Assembly: GCF_051201565.1 (NCBI RefSeq)
Contig: NZ_CP179200.1
Location: 1,680,001-1,712,000 of the forward strand
Length of the DNA stretch: 32,000 nucleotides
Direction: 5' to 3'
DNA from: Pseudothioglobus sp. nBUS_23
Lineage (GTDB): Bacteria; Pseudomonadota; Gammaproteobacteria; PS1; Pseudothioglobaceae
Shown here: positions 9,157 to 17,939 of the stretch, in pieces
How the letters are laid out: the number at the start of each line of letters is the position of its first letter
How positions within the stretch are numbered: the stretch's first letter is position 1
Made by a program: the position numbers and the translations under genes
The notes under the pieces: generated by a model
Databases searched by the model: none
Told to the model about the DNA's origin: nothing
Seen by the model: the letters and a program-made list of their open reading frames with translations, nothing else

Positions 9157-10880
9157 GAACAACTAATGCATGGGTAAGACTGAGAACGCCCAGCAATTGG
9201 AAAAGACCAGCAGTCATGGTTTGGATCTTGAATTTGCTCTGGTAGTGGAGCGCCCTGATACATCGAAATGCGAGTCCAGAGATCAGACTTTGGATCAAAC
9301 TTTGAGGCACCAAAGAATGCCAATTTGAATCGCAATAAGTCTAACGGCCTCATAGACTCACTGAGTAAATTATCTTGAACTTCAGAATAAGGTCTTTCAA
9401 AAGTATTCTGAATTCGGCGAATAATATGTCTGAACTGAGGATAATTCATTGCAAATTCACCTATCGGCATATCTTCATCAGTGGTTGCTAATACCTCATT
9501 TAAGTCATGAACATCACGACCAATTGCAAGCGGCATTTCTTGATCAACGCCATCATCAACACCCTTCGATCCAAATCTTGGCTCTAATTTATCCTCTGAG
9601 TAATACCAAAAGTGGTGCTGGGATTCTTCTAAACTAAAATCAATAGTTGTTGCCCATTTGTATGCATCAGCAACAACTTCCTTAAGTTGAGCCAAGCTCA
9701 TAGCTGCCTTAAATTTGGGTATTGTAGTTGTCGACATTGTGTCTGCAAGGTCATCCACAATTGAGCCATGAGGCTCAATTATTAATGAAACAATCATCTC
9801 TTGGCACTCCAGAGAAAAGTTGTCCTCAACGAACTGATAAATTCCATTCCATGGGTAAGGTCTAAAAATATTTGACTCATCTTCACACCACATTCTGAGC
9901 GATTGTATTTCATCAGTCAGGCAAGTAATTCTTGCTGTTTGAACTTCGTCGGCAACACTCCATTCATCAATATGTTGACTCGCCTGAAGCAGAGACTTTA
10001 GGAAAACCTCGAGGGTTCCTGGTAATGCAGTTTCAATAGACCTGACTCTTGCTAATGCTGTTTCTTTTGCAACAACCCAGTTGTGAATGAGGGTTGGATG
10101 CTTCAGTAAAAAAGGTGCCATACCGAGCCCAGTTGAGTTTCCAACACCAATGAACCTACTAATGTTTTGATCCAAACGAACTGCCTGCTTTCCGCCTCTT
10201 TCCTTAGCAAGCTCTTCAACCAAATCAATAGTAAACCATCGAATCAAATAGACTGCCAATAATTCAATTTGAAATGGTGCTCTGCACTCAGGTCGATCCG
10301 CAATCTTTGCTCTATCGGCACAACCAAATTTGCCGCTGCCATAGACCGCAGTCGTTCTCATTAGGTAGCCAACCGAAGATATCAACTCAATATCAGGTTG
10401 ATTACCTGAAGCCAGAGCACTAATTATATTTTCAAAGACTCTTAGACTTTTATTTGCTCTTGCCAAAACAAGCTCACTCGGCCTGTATCTTCCGCCTTCT
10501 TGAAGGGGGGTATTTTCAGCTAAATAATCAATATCCTCTTGCGTCGGCACACCGTCAAAGAGACTGAATGTCGCATCCCATACCTCAGCAATAACCCTGT
10601 CTGTTCTCATGTCAGCAGGTATCTCTTGAGTGAATGCGATTAATGAATAAGTTCTTTTTGGCGTAATGGCAGAATAAACACTGACGCCATATCCATCTTT
10701 ATCAACCTTACGAAGCGTCCTCTTAAACTGCCAATTCTCCTTCGACATCCGCCTAATGAGAGTTCTCATGAAGCTCAGCCGAGTAGGAAATGAAGAACCC
10801 ATTCTATCAAGGCGCATAACCTTTTCGGGTGATCTCATAAAATCAGATTCGATATCAATTAATACAGATTCACTAGACAT
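9138..10880 (-). CDS. Hypothetical protein (580 aa), soluble, with no motif I can assign to a known family
   Basis: Uninterrupted 1.7-kb frame. The ORF-track start at 10901 is TTG. The ATG at 10880 (MSSESVLIDIESDF...) lies 7 nt after the stop of the M19-like gene. I saw no TM segments, P-loop, Rossmann fold or obvious metal-binding motif. The C-terminus is Cys-rich: YPCISCSCQKAI. Confidence 0.7.
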   Translation of the reverse strand: MSSESVLIDIESDFMRSPEKVMRLDRMGSSFPTRLSFMRTLIRRMSKENWQFKRTLRKVDKDGYGVSVYSAITPKRTYSLIAFTQEIPADMRTDRVIAEVWDATFSLFDGVPTQEDIDYLAENTPLQEGGRYRPSELVLARANKSLRVFENIISALASGNQPDIELISSVGYLMRTTAVYGSGKFGCADRAKIADRPECRAPFQIELLAVYLIRWFTIDLVEELAKERGGKQAVRLDQNISRFIGVGNSTGLGMAPFLLKHPTLIHNWVVAKETALARVRSIETALPGTLEVFLKSLLQASQHIDEWSVADEVQTARITCLTDEIQSLRMWCEDESNIFRPYPWNGIYQFVEDNFSLECQEMIVSLIIEPHGSIVDDLADTMSTTTIPKFKAAMSLAQLKEVVADAYKWATTIDFSLEESQHHFWYYSEDKLEPRFGSKGVDDGVDQEMPLAIGRDVHDLNEVLATTDEDMPIGEFAMNYPQFRHIIRRIQNTFERPYSEVQDNLLSESMRPLDLLRFKLAFFGASKFDPKSDLWTRISMYQGAPLPEQIQDPNHDCWSFPIAGRSQSYPCISCSCQKAI

Positions 10881-10887
10881 AAATTTA

Positions 10888-11874
10888 TTATAAAGGTTCA
10901 AAAGAAGATTCGAAAAAATTTAACCAGTTTTTGCCCATCACTAAATCAACATCATCATTTGAAAAACCGACAGAACGAAGTCCTGTTGCAATATTTACAA
11001 AATCACGATTGTCTCTGAACCACTCAGGCTGGTCTGGAAAGCCAGCAAAACTTGCTGACCCTTCACCATAATCACGATCGTTGGTCCACGTGCCATTTCT
11101 CATCCACTCAACTACGCTGTCAGGCTGATTTTGACAAAGGTCGGTACCAATTCCAATATTTTTAATGCCCATAATATCAGCTGTATCAGCAATCATATTA
11201 CAAAAACTTTCTAATGTGCAATCAGATCCATCCTTGAGATGATGTGGATAGACGGAAAATCCAAGCATACTTCCACTCTCTCCAAGCGCTTTAAGAACCT
11301 CATTTGACTTATTTCTTAAAGCAGGGTGCCAAAAAGTTGGGTTGGCGTGAGTGATTGCAATTGGACGTTCTGAAATGTCTATTGCCTCGAGAGTTGACCT
11401 CTCGGCAGAGTGACTCATATCAACCACCAAACCAACACGATTCATTTCTTTGATGACCTGTTTACCCATTCTAGTAATTCCAGGATCATTCTCTTCGTAG
11501 CAGCCAGTCCCCAGAAGGCTTTGATTGTTATAGGTTAGCTGCATGAATCTTGCACCAAGCTGGTGACACACTTCGACTAGACCAATATCATCCTCAATCG
11601 GTGAGCAGTTCTGAAAACCAAAAAATATAGCTGTTCTTCCTTCTTTCTGGGCCTTGACTACATCGGCCGCTGTTCGACCCAGGAAAATCAAATTCGAGAA
11701 GTCTTCAAAACGACGATTCCAATCAATCACATTTTGCACCATCTCTTGAAAGTCTTCGTGGTAACAAATTGTAACGTGAACAGCGCTTAGACCACCTTGG
11801 TTAATTTGCTTAAATATTTCCTCACTCCAATTATTGTATTGAAGCGCATCAATAAATAATGAAGGATGAGACAT
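10888..11874 (-). CDS. M19 (renal dipeptidase) family protein, non-canonical: Zn1 ligands and the bridging Glu are replaced
   Basis: 328 aa. It aligns by eye to DPEP1/Sco3058 along its whole length: KEGRTAIFFGFQNCSPI...HQLGARFMQLTY, VVDMSHSA, PIAITHANP, RNKSNEVL and IGIGTDL. The canonical VIDGHNDL is FIDALQYN here, and GVEGGH is GFQNCS. Confidence 0.8.
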   Translation of the reverse strand: MSHPSLFIDALQYNNWSEEIFKQINQGGLSAVHVTICYHEDFQEMVQNVIDWNRRFEDFSNLIFLGRTAADVVKAQKEGRTAIFFGFQNCSPIEDDIGLVEVCHQLGARFMQLTYNNQSLLGTGCYEENDPGITRMGKQVIKEMNRVGLVVDMSHSAERSTLEAIDISERPIAITHANPTFWHPALRNKSNEVLKALGESGSMLGFSVYPHHLKDGSDCTLESFCNMIADTADIMGIKNIGIGTDLCQNQPDSVVEWMRNGTWTNDRDYGEGSASFAGFPDQPEWFRDNRDFVNIATGLRSVGFSNDDVDLVMGKNWLNFFESSFEPL

Positions 11875-13322
11875 TATGGATTACCGCTAAAAATATAAGA
11901 GGTTTTGACCTGTGTATAAAGCTCTTTAGCATATGAACCTTGCTCTCTAGGACCAAAACTTGAATTTTTTCTACCACCAAACGGGACATGATAGTCTGTG
12001 CCAGCAGTTGGAAGATTAACCATAACGCATCCACTCTCTGCATTTCTTCTGAAGTGGCTTGCTGTAGACAATGACTGGGTGATAATCCCTGAAACCAGTC
12101 CAAAGTCAGTATCATTTGCAACTGATAGTGCTTCATCATAGTCCGCAACCTTAATGACACATGCCATAGGCGCAAAAAGCTCTTCCCGATTAACCCTCAT
12201 TGAGTTGTTTCCACCAATTAATAAGGCTGGCTGCATATAGAAACCTGGATTATCTAGTTCGAGTTTTTCTCCACCACAGACGACTTCGCATCCTTCTTCT
12301 TTAGCTAGTGCCATATATTTAAGGTTAGAGTCAAGTTGTTGCTGACTTGCAGCTGGACCGATTTGAGTTCCCTCTTGAAGAGCGTCCCCCACCTTGAGAG
12401 CAGAAGTTGATTCTTTCATACGATCCACAAACTCATCATGAATGGAGGCATGAACGACCAGCCTTGATGACGCGGTACACTTTTGTCCAGTAGATCCAAA
12501 AGCACCCGCTGTTGCTGCTGCAACTGCAACATCCATATCCGCATCATCCATTACAACGAGAGGGTTCTTAGAGCCCAACTCTAACTGAAACTTTGTTAAA
12601 TTTTTTGACGCCGCACTCGCAATCTGAAGACCTACGTCGTAAGAACCAGTAAAGCTTATTGCGTGCACCTTAGGGCTCTCAGCTAATGATTGACCGATTG
12701 ATGATCCAGACCCCATGACCAAGCTGAATAAACCTTTTGGAATGTCTTGCTTTGAGATAATTTCAGTTAATGCTACCGCACTTGCAGGTGTTAGGTTCGC
12801 AGGCTTCCATATAACAGCATTGCCAAAGGCTAGTGCTGGCGCAATTTTCCAGCTCGCTGTTGCAGTTGGAAAGTTCCATGGTGAGATAATTGCAACAGTC
12901 CCCATAGGCTCACGACGAACATCAATTTCAATATTCGGTCTGACTGAATCAGCTGTATCACCACCCTGTCTTAAAACTTCAGCTGCGTAGTAAGTAAAAA
13001 ATTGGCCTGCCCTGTAAACTTCTCCTTTGCCCTCTGCTACAGGCTTGCCTTCCTCTCTAGAAAGGAGCTCACCGAGCTCAGCACTGCGAGCCATCATCTC
13101 TTCACCAATCTTCATTAATACGGCTTGACGCTGCTCCAGGCCTGTTGCAGCCCATTGTCTTTGTGCAACCTGCGCCGAATTGAGAGCATCCTCTAATTGA
13201 GCACTGCTAGCTTGAGCAAATTCTCCAATAATATCATTTGTATTGGATGGATTAATATTCGAGATTGAACTTGCGCCTTTTACCCAGTCGCCCGCTATGT
13301 AGTTATTAGAAAGATTAGACAT
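11874..13322 (-). CDS. NAD(P)+-dependent aldehyde dehydrogenase, alpha-ketoglutarate-semialdehyde-dehydrogenase-like subgroup
   Basis: 482 aa. It has the catalytic Glu motif ELGSKNP and the catalytic Cys motif GQKCTASSR. The N-terminal NPSNTNDIIGEFAQAS resembles KGSADH/YcbD-type ALDHs as I recall them. Its stop overlaps the ATG of the next gene by 1 nt (TAATG). Confidence 0.88.
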   Translation of the reverse strand: MSNLSNNYIAGDWVKGASSISNINPSNTNDIIGEFAQASSAQLEDALNSAQVAQRQWAATGLEQRQAVLMKIGEEMMARSAELGELLSREEGKPVAEGKGEVYRAGQFFTYYAAEVLRQGGDTADSVRPNIEIDVRREPMGTVAIISPWNFPTATASWKIAPALAFGNAVIWKPANLTPASAVALTEIISKQDIPKGLFSLVMGSGSSIGQSLAESPKVHAISFTGSYDVGLQIASAASKNLTKFQLELGSKNPLVVMDDADMDVAVAAATAGAFGSTGQKCTASSRLVVHASIHDEFVDRMKESTSALKVGDALQEGTQIGPAASQQQLDSNLKYMALAKEEGCEVVCGGEKLELDNPGFYMQPALLIGGNNSMRVNREELFAPMACVIKVADYDEALSVANDTDFGLVSGIITQSLSTASHFRRNAESGCVMVNLPTAGTDYHVPFGGRKNSSFGPREQGSYAKELYTQVKTSYIFSGNP

Positions 13323-13492
13323 TATTTTAATTCATTTTTCAAAATGGCAAATTTTACTCTTAATTATTGATATATCAAGAATATAAGCATTTTAGTTGAT
13401 ATAGTATTTTTCACCTTTCTATGAAAAAAAACTGTTGCATCAACTAAATAATTAATCTACGATACCTATATTAAATATAGTCTAATAACGAT
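13323..13492. promoter_or_regulatory. Divergent promoter/operator region between the ALDH module (-) and the mttB-family operon (+)
   Basis: 170-bp AT-rich spacer between two divergent start codons. It contains the perfect palindromes TTGATATATCAA (13367-13378) and CTATATTAAATATAG (13466-13480). The latter ends 12 nt before the ATG. A further GTTGATAT repeat sits at about 13395-13402. Confidence 0.4.
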
Positions 13493-15034
13493 ATGTCAAC
13501 CTCTGCAGAAAGACTCGGTCGAGCAGCAAGAAGATCTGACCGTCTGAAAGTAAAAATTGAAATGCTCCCTACTCTGAAGAGAAATATCCCTCTTACTGAG
13601 CCGATGAATGAAGAGCAGATTGAGAAAATGGATGATGCTTCATTATCCATTCTGGAAGAGGTTGGTGTAGAATTTCATGATCCTATTGCACTAGAACAAT
13701 GGAAGGAAGCTGGAGCTAATGTAGAGGGTGAGAGGGTGCGCTTCGATAGAGGCCTGATTCGTGAACTAATAGCGTCTATTCCAGAAAGCATCACAATGCA
13801 TGCGCGAGATCCAGAGAAGTCACTAGAAATTGGTGGTAATAACTCTATATTTGTCCCAATGACAGGGGCGCCTTTCCTTACCGACCTTGAAAATAATAGG
13901 CGCATGCCTACGCTGGATGATCTTGCTAATTTTCATAAGCTTTCTCACATGCTCCCTGCTATTCATTCAAGCGCCCATCACATCGTAGAACCCATGGATC
14001 ATGCAATTTCTCATAGGCATCTAAGAATCACTTATTCATCCATGAAACACTCTGATAAAACCTTTATGGGGATGACTAGTAGTGGCAAGAATGCTGAAGA
14101 TGTAATTGAGATGTGCAAGATTCTCTTTGGTGAAAAGTTCATAGATAGTCATGCCGTTGTTACTGGAAATATTAATGGAAACTCTCCACTGGTATGGGAT
14201 CAAACTATGCTCTCTGCACTGAGAGTTTTTTCTGCCCACAATCAGCCAGTGCTCTGCTCTCCTTTTGTTCTTGGTGGCGCTAACACTCCAGCCAGTGTTG
14301 CTCCAACTGTGGCACAAGTCAATGCGGAGGCTTTATCAGCACTCGCATACACTCAGGTTATCCGAAAAGGAGCACCTGCGATCTATGGTCATTATTTAGC
14401 TACAGTATCAATGCAGTCTGGTGCTCCAATGGCAGGGACGCCCGAAATCTCTCTAATGAACTTTATGATTGGTCAAATGGCAAGACATTATAAAGTTCCC
14501 TGGAGAAGCTCAAATACTTTGGGTGGCTCAAAAGTATTCGATGCTCAATCAGGATATGAGAGTGCATCAACAATGATGGCTGTTCTTTTATCTGGTGCAA
14601 ACTATATTTGGCATTCTGCAGGATGGAATGAGGCAGGAATGCACTGCTCAATGGCAAAATTTGTGGTGGATGCAGAGCAGTGTGAAATGGGATATAGAAT
14701 GGCTGAAGGAGTTCGATGGGACGACTTTGAGGAGGGTCTAGCTGCGATTAGAGATGTAGGTCCTGGTGGTCATTACCTGGGTCATCAGCACACAATGGAG
14801 AACTTTCAAAGGGCCTTTTTTATGCCTAAACTATTTGACAATAATTCTGTTGAGCAATGGCAGGCTGATGGAAGCAAAGATACAATTCAAAGAGGACTTG
14901 AAGGAGCAAAAAAACTACTTGAAGATTATCAAGAACCAAAGCTGGATGAAGCAAAAGATGAAGAGCTCTTGGATTACATCGCTAAAAGGGAAACAACAAT
15001 TCCTAAAATGGAGGCGCTGAATCAGGAGCATTAG
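13493..15034 (+). CDS. Non-pyrrolysine MttB-superfamily methyltransferase (quaternary amine/betaine methyltransferase-like), paralog 1
   Basis: 513 aa, the length of the trimethylamine methyltransferase family. It has a basic N-terminus (GRAARRSDR) and blocks shared with paralog 2: NSPLVWD, HNQPV, GAPAIYG, GAPMAGTPE and LLEDYQEPKL. There is no in-frame TAG. Confidence 0.82.
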   Translation: MSTSAERLGRAARRSDRLKVKIEMLPTLKRNIPLTEPMNEEQIEKMDDASLSILEEVGVEFHDPIALEQWKEAGANVEGERVRFDRGLIRELIASIPESITMHARDPEKSLEIGGNNSIFVPMTGAPFLTDLENNRRMPTLDDLANFHKLSHMLPAIHSSAHHIVEPMDHAISHRHLRITYSSMKHSDKTFMGMTSSGKNAEDVIEMCKILFGEKFIDSHAVVTGNINGNSPLVWDQTMLSALRVFSAHNQPVLCSPFVLGGANTPASVAPTVAQVNAEALSALAYTQVIRKGAPAIYGHYLATVSMQSGAPMAGTPEISLMNFMIGQMARHYKVPWRSSNTLGGSKVFDAQSGYESASTMMAVLLSGANYIWHSAGWNEAGMHCSMAKFVVDAEQCEMGYRMAEGVRWDDFEEGLAAIRDVGPGGHYLGHQHTMENFQRAFFMPKLFDNNSVEQWQADGSKDTIQRGLEGAKKLLEDYQEPKLDEAKDEELLDYIAKRETTIPKMEALNQEH

Positions 15035-15037
15035 ACT

Positions 15038-15805
15038 ATGGACAAAGATAAATCAAATGTTGTTCTTGTGACCGGAGCCAATGGCGGCATTGGAAAAGCT
15101 ATAGTAAATAAATATTCACGGCAAGGTTTGACACTAGCAATTGCTGATAAGGACGAAGAACAGGCTAACAAACTTGTGCATGAAATCAATCGCGGCAATG
15201 GAAAGGCAATGGCATTCCCTGGAGACCTACTGGATCAAAATTATTCTGATAACCTTGCTACTGAGGTCAAAGAAAAACTGGGTAGCATTGACATACTCAT
15301 TAATAATGCTGGCTTAATGAGGCGTGGTGATATTACTCAAACCAGTGATGAGGATTATGAGCTTTCTATGAAGATTAACGTTGAGGCTCCATTTAGATTA
15401 ATTCGAGCATCGATTCCCCTTATGGTTGAGTCTGGTGGAGGCTCTATCGTGAATATTTCATCATGCTGGGGAATTAACCCAGGACCAAATCATCTAATTT
15501 ACTGTACGACAAAAGCAGCCTTGGCAGCAATGACAAAATGCTTGGGCAGAGATCACGCACATCAAAACATTCGAATTAATGCAGTATGCCCTAATGAAGT
15601 CAATACGCCAATGCTGAGAACGGGCTTTGAGATCAGAGGATTAAATCCTGATGATGCTATTAGAGAATTAAATCAATCAGTTCCAATTGGCCATATTGCT
15701 GAGCCGGAGGAGATTGCTGATGTTGTGGCTTTTCTCAGTTCAGATGAAGCTCGATATATTTGTGGATCCTTAGTGGAGATCAATGGTGGAAAAGCGGTTT
15801 ACTAA
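15038..15805 (+). CDS. Short-chain dehydrogenase/reductase (classical SDR)
   Basis: TGANGGIGKAIV cofactor motif, NNAG, Ser in NISS, and catalytic YCTTKAALAAMTK (Y-x3-K). SD AGGAG lies 9 nt upstream, and the gene starts 3 nt after the mttB-family stop. Confidence 0.88.
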   Translation: MDKDKSNVVLVTGANGGIGKAIVNKYSRQGLTLAIADKDEEQANKLVHEINRGNGKAMAFPGDLLDQNYSDNLATEVKEKLGSIDILINNAGLMRRGDITQTSDEDYELSMKINVEAPFRLIRASIPLMVESGGGSIVNISSCWGINPGPNHLIYCTTKAALAAMTKCLGRDHAHQNIRINAVCPNEVNTPMLRTGFEIRGLNPDDAIRELNQSVPIGHIAEPEEIADVVAFLSSDEARYICGSLVEINGGKAVY

Positions 15806-16529
15806 TAAAGTTGTCGTTGTTACAGGAGCCACAAAAGGGATTGGTTTGGCCTGCGCAGAACGACTGAAAAAGGAAGGTGCAATCGTGTGTGTTATTCAAA
15901 GAGGTCACTCAAGTCTCTTTGATTCTTTTGAGTTTGATTTAAGTAAAGAACAAGACTGCTCTGTGAGCATTGATGCCATTATTAAAAAGCATGGTCGTAT
16001 TGATGTTTTAGTTAATAATGCTGGAATGATGAAAGAGTCATCAATTCTTGATACTTCTCTTGAAGAATGGAATAAAACTTTGGCGGTAAATCTTACAGCT
16101 CCTTTTTTGCTTACGAAGGTTTGCATGCCTTTTCTGATCAGGTCAAAAGGCTCTATTGTGAATATTGGTTCAATTGAAGGTATTGGCGCTAATCCGAATC
16201 ACGCATCCTACTGTGCAAGTAAGGCAGGGCTTCATGGTCTTACGCGCGCCATAGCGGTTGACCATGGGAAGGATGATGTGAGATGCAACGCAGTAGCGCC
16301 GGGATGGATAGATACCGAGTTGAACGAAGAATTTATTAATTCGATGCCAGATTCAGAGCAATTTAGAAATAATATTGGAAGTATCCACCCAGTAAATAGA
16401 ACAGGCAAAACAGAAGAAGTTGCCTCTTTAGTTGCTTGGCTTGCATCAACAGAATCAAGTTTTGTAACAGGGCAGGTATATACTATTGATGGAGGCAGGA
16501 TGGCAAAAATTAGCCTGCCAACTCTTTAG
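15783..16529 (+). CDS. Short-chain dehydrogenase/reductase (classical SDR), second copy
   Basis: TGATKGIGLACA, NNAG, NIGS and YCASKAGLHGLTR. The ATG at 15783 is preceded by GTGGAG and overlaps the preceding SDR by 23 nt. Confidence 0.86.
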   Translation: MVEKRFTNKVVVVTGATKGIGLACAERLKKEGAIVCVIQRGHSSLFDSFEFDLSKEQDCSVSIDAIIKKHGRIDVLVNNAGMMKESSILDTSLEEWNKTLAVNLTAPFLLTKVCMPFLIRSKGSIVNIGSIEGIGANPNHASYCASKAGLHGLTRAIAVDHGKDDVRCNAVAPGWIDTELNEEFINSMPDSEQFRNNIGSIHPVNRTGKTEEVASLVAWLASTESSFVTGQVYTIDGGRMAKISLPTL

Positions 16530-16566
16530 GAGAATTTATGAACTTTGTCGGTAGATTAAATTAGAA

Positions 16567-17919
16567 ATGGGTCAGATTAAGCTTCCTAAAAATCCTGGTG
16601 ATACAGGCTGGAAAGAAATCCTTCCTGAGAGGAAGGTCAATCCAAAGCTTTCAGATCATCTCAATGCAGACTTCTTGATTATTGGCGGAGGCTTTGCTGG
16701 CCTCTCTGCAGCTAGGCGTTTAATTCAAATCGATTATAAAGCAAAAATTGCTCTGCTCGAAGCCTGTGAAATTGCGGAAGGCCCCGCTGGTAGAAACTCG
16801 GGCTTTATGATTGACTTACCACACAACTTAGCTTCAGATGATTACGTAGGAAGCCTAGATAAAGATCGTGAACAAACTCTCATTAATCGCTCTGCAATTG
16901 AATTTGCTAAAAGCGCCTCTGAAGAATACGAAATGCCTACTGAGGCAATTCAGCTGGTTGGAAAAACGAACGCAGCAGCCACCCCAAAAGGAATGAATTT
17001 CAATACAGAGTATGCAAAGCATCTGGACAAGACAAGTGAAAGCTATAAGATGCTAGACTCTCAAGAAATGAAAGACCTGACTGGAATAGATTATTATCTA
17101 AACGGTCTATGGACACCAGGGACTGCAATGCTACAACCAGCGCTTTATATTCAGTCACTAGCAGATGGCGTCTCTAAGAGTCCCAATACAACGATTTATG
17201 AAAACTCTCCGGTCATTTCTCTTGAAGAGGAAGGAATGCATGATGGACAAAAAGTATGGAAAGCTAAAACCAGTCTTGGATCAATATCAAGCCCAAAAGT
17301 TATTTTAGCAGTCAACGGATTAGTTGAAAAATTTGGATACTTTCAGAATAGGTTAATGACTATTTTTACCTACTCATCCCTATCAAGAGAGCTAACTTCT
17401 GAAGAGTCAAATATGCTGGGCGGCACTCAAGATTGGGGATTAACTTCAGCTGACGCTATGGGCTCTTCAGTAAGGCGCATTTCTGGAATCGGCGGTAATA
17501 GAATCCTGGTTCGAAATAGATGGTCATACAATCCAAGCATGGAAGCCTCAGATTCATTTATGAGTGCAGCTGCTAATAGTCATAATGAATCATTTAAAGC
17601 ACGCTTTCCAATGCTTGATAAAGTGTCTATGAACTACTCATGGGGAGGACGTCTTTGCCTGAGTCTCAACAACGTCTTTGCTCAGGGTGAGGTTGACGAA
17701 GGCATCTACTCTGCGTGCTGTCAAAATGGTCTTGGGACTGCCAAAGGAACTGCGATTGGTGTCATTACAGCTGAAAAAATAACTGGAACCGTCAATAGCC
17801 TTATTCCCGACTTTGTTGACGAAGAAGGGCCAAAAAAATTAATGCCGAAACCATTCATGTGGTTTGGTGTTAATAGCTATATGCGTTGGAAAGAGCTTAT
17901 GGCAGGAAAAGAAAAATAA
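16567..17919 (+). CDS. FAD-dependent oxidoreductase, DAO family (amine/amino-acid oxidase or dehydrogenase-like)
   Basis: 450 aa. It has the N-terminal dinucleotide fold DFLIIGGGFAGLSAARRL followed by GRNSGF. Overall it resembles PuuB/OrdL-type flavoproteins. Confidence 0.78.
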   Translation: MGQIKLPKNPGDTGWKEILPERKVNPKLSDHLNADFLIIGGGFAGLSAARRLIQIDYKAKIALLEACEIAEGPAGRNSGFMIDLPHNLASDDYVGSLDKDREQTLINRSAIEFAKSASEEYEMPTEAIQLVGKTNAAATPKGMNFNTEYAKHLDKTSESYKMLDSQEMKDLTGIDYYLNGLWTPGTAMLQPALYIQSLADGVSKSPNTTIYENSPVISLEEEGMHDGQKVWKAKTSLGSISSPKVILAVNGLVEKFGYFQNRLMTIFTYSSLSRELTSEESNMLGGTQDWGLTSADAMGSSVRRISGIGGNRILVRNRWSYNPSMEASDSFMSAAANSHNESFKARFPMLDKVSMNYSWGGRLCLSLNNVFAQGEVDEGIYSACCQNGLGTAKGTAIGVITAEKITGTVNSLIPDFVDEEGPKKLMPKPFMWFGVNSYMRWKELMAGKEK

Positions 17920-17939
17920 CTTATTCTAATAACTCTTCA

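Noticed and set aside
13493-15034. Possible pyrrolysine (in-frame UAG) in the MttB-family genes.
   Set aside because: Both paralogs are continuous ORFs of normal family length with no internal TAG. They are non-Pyl members.
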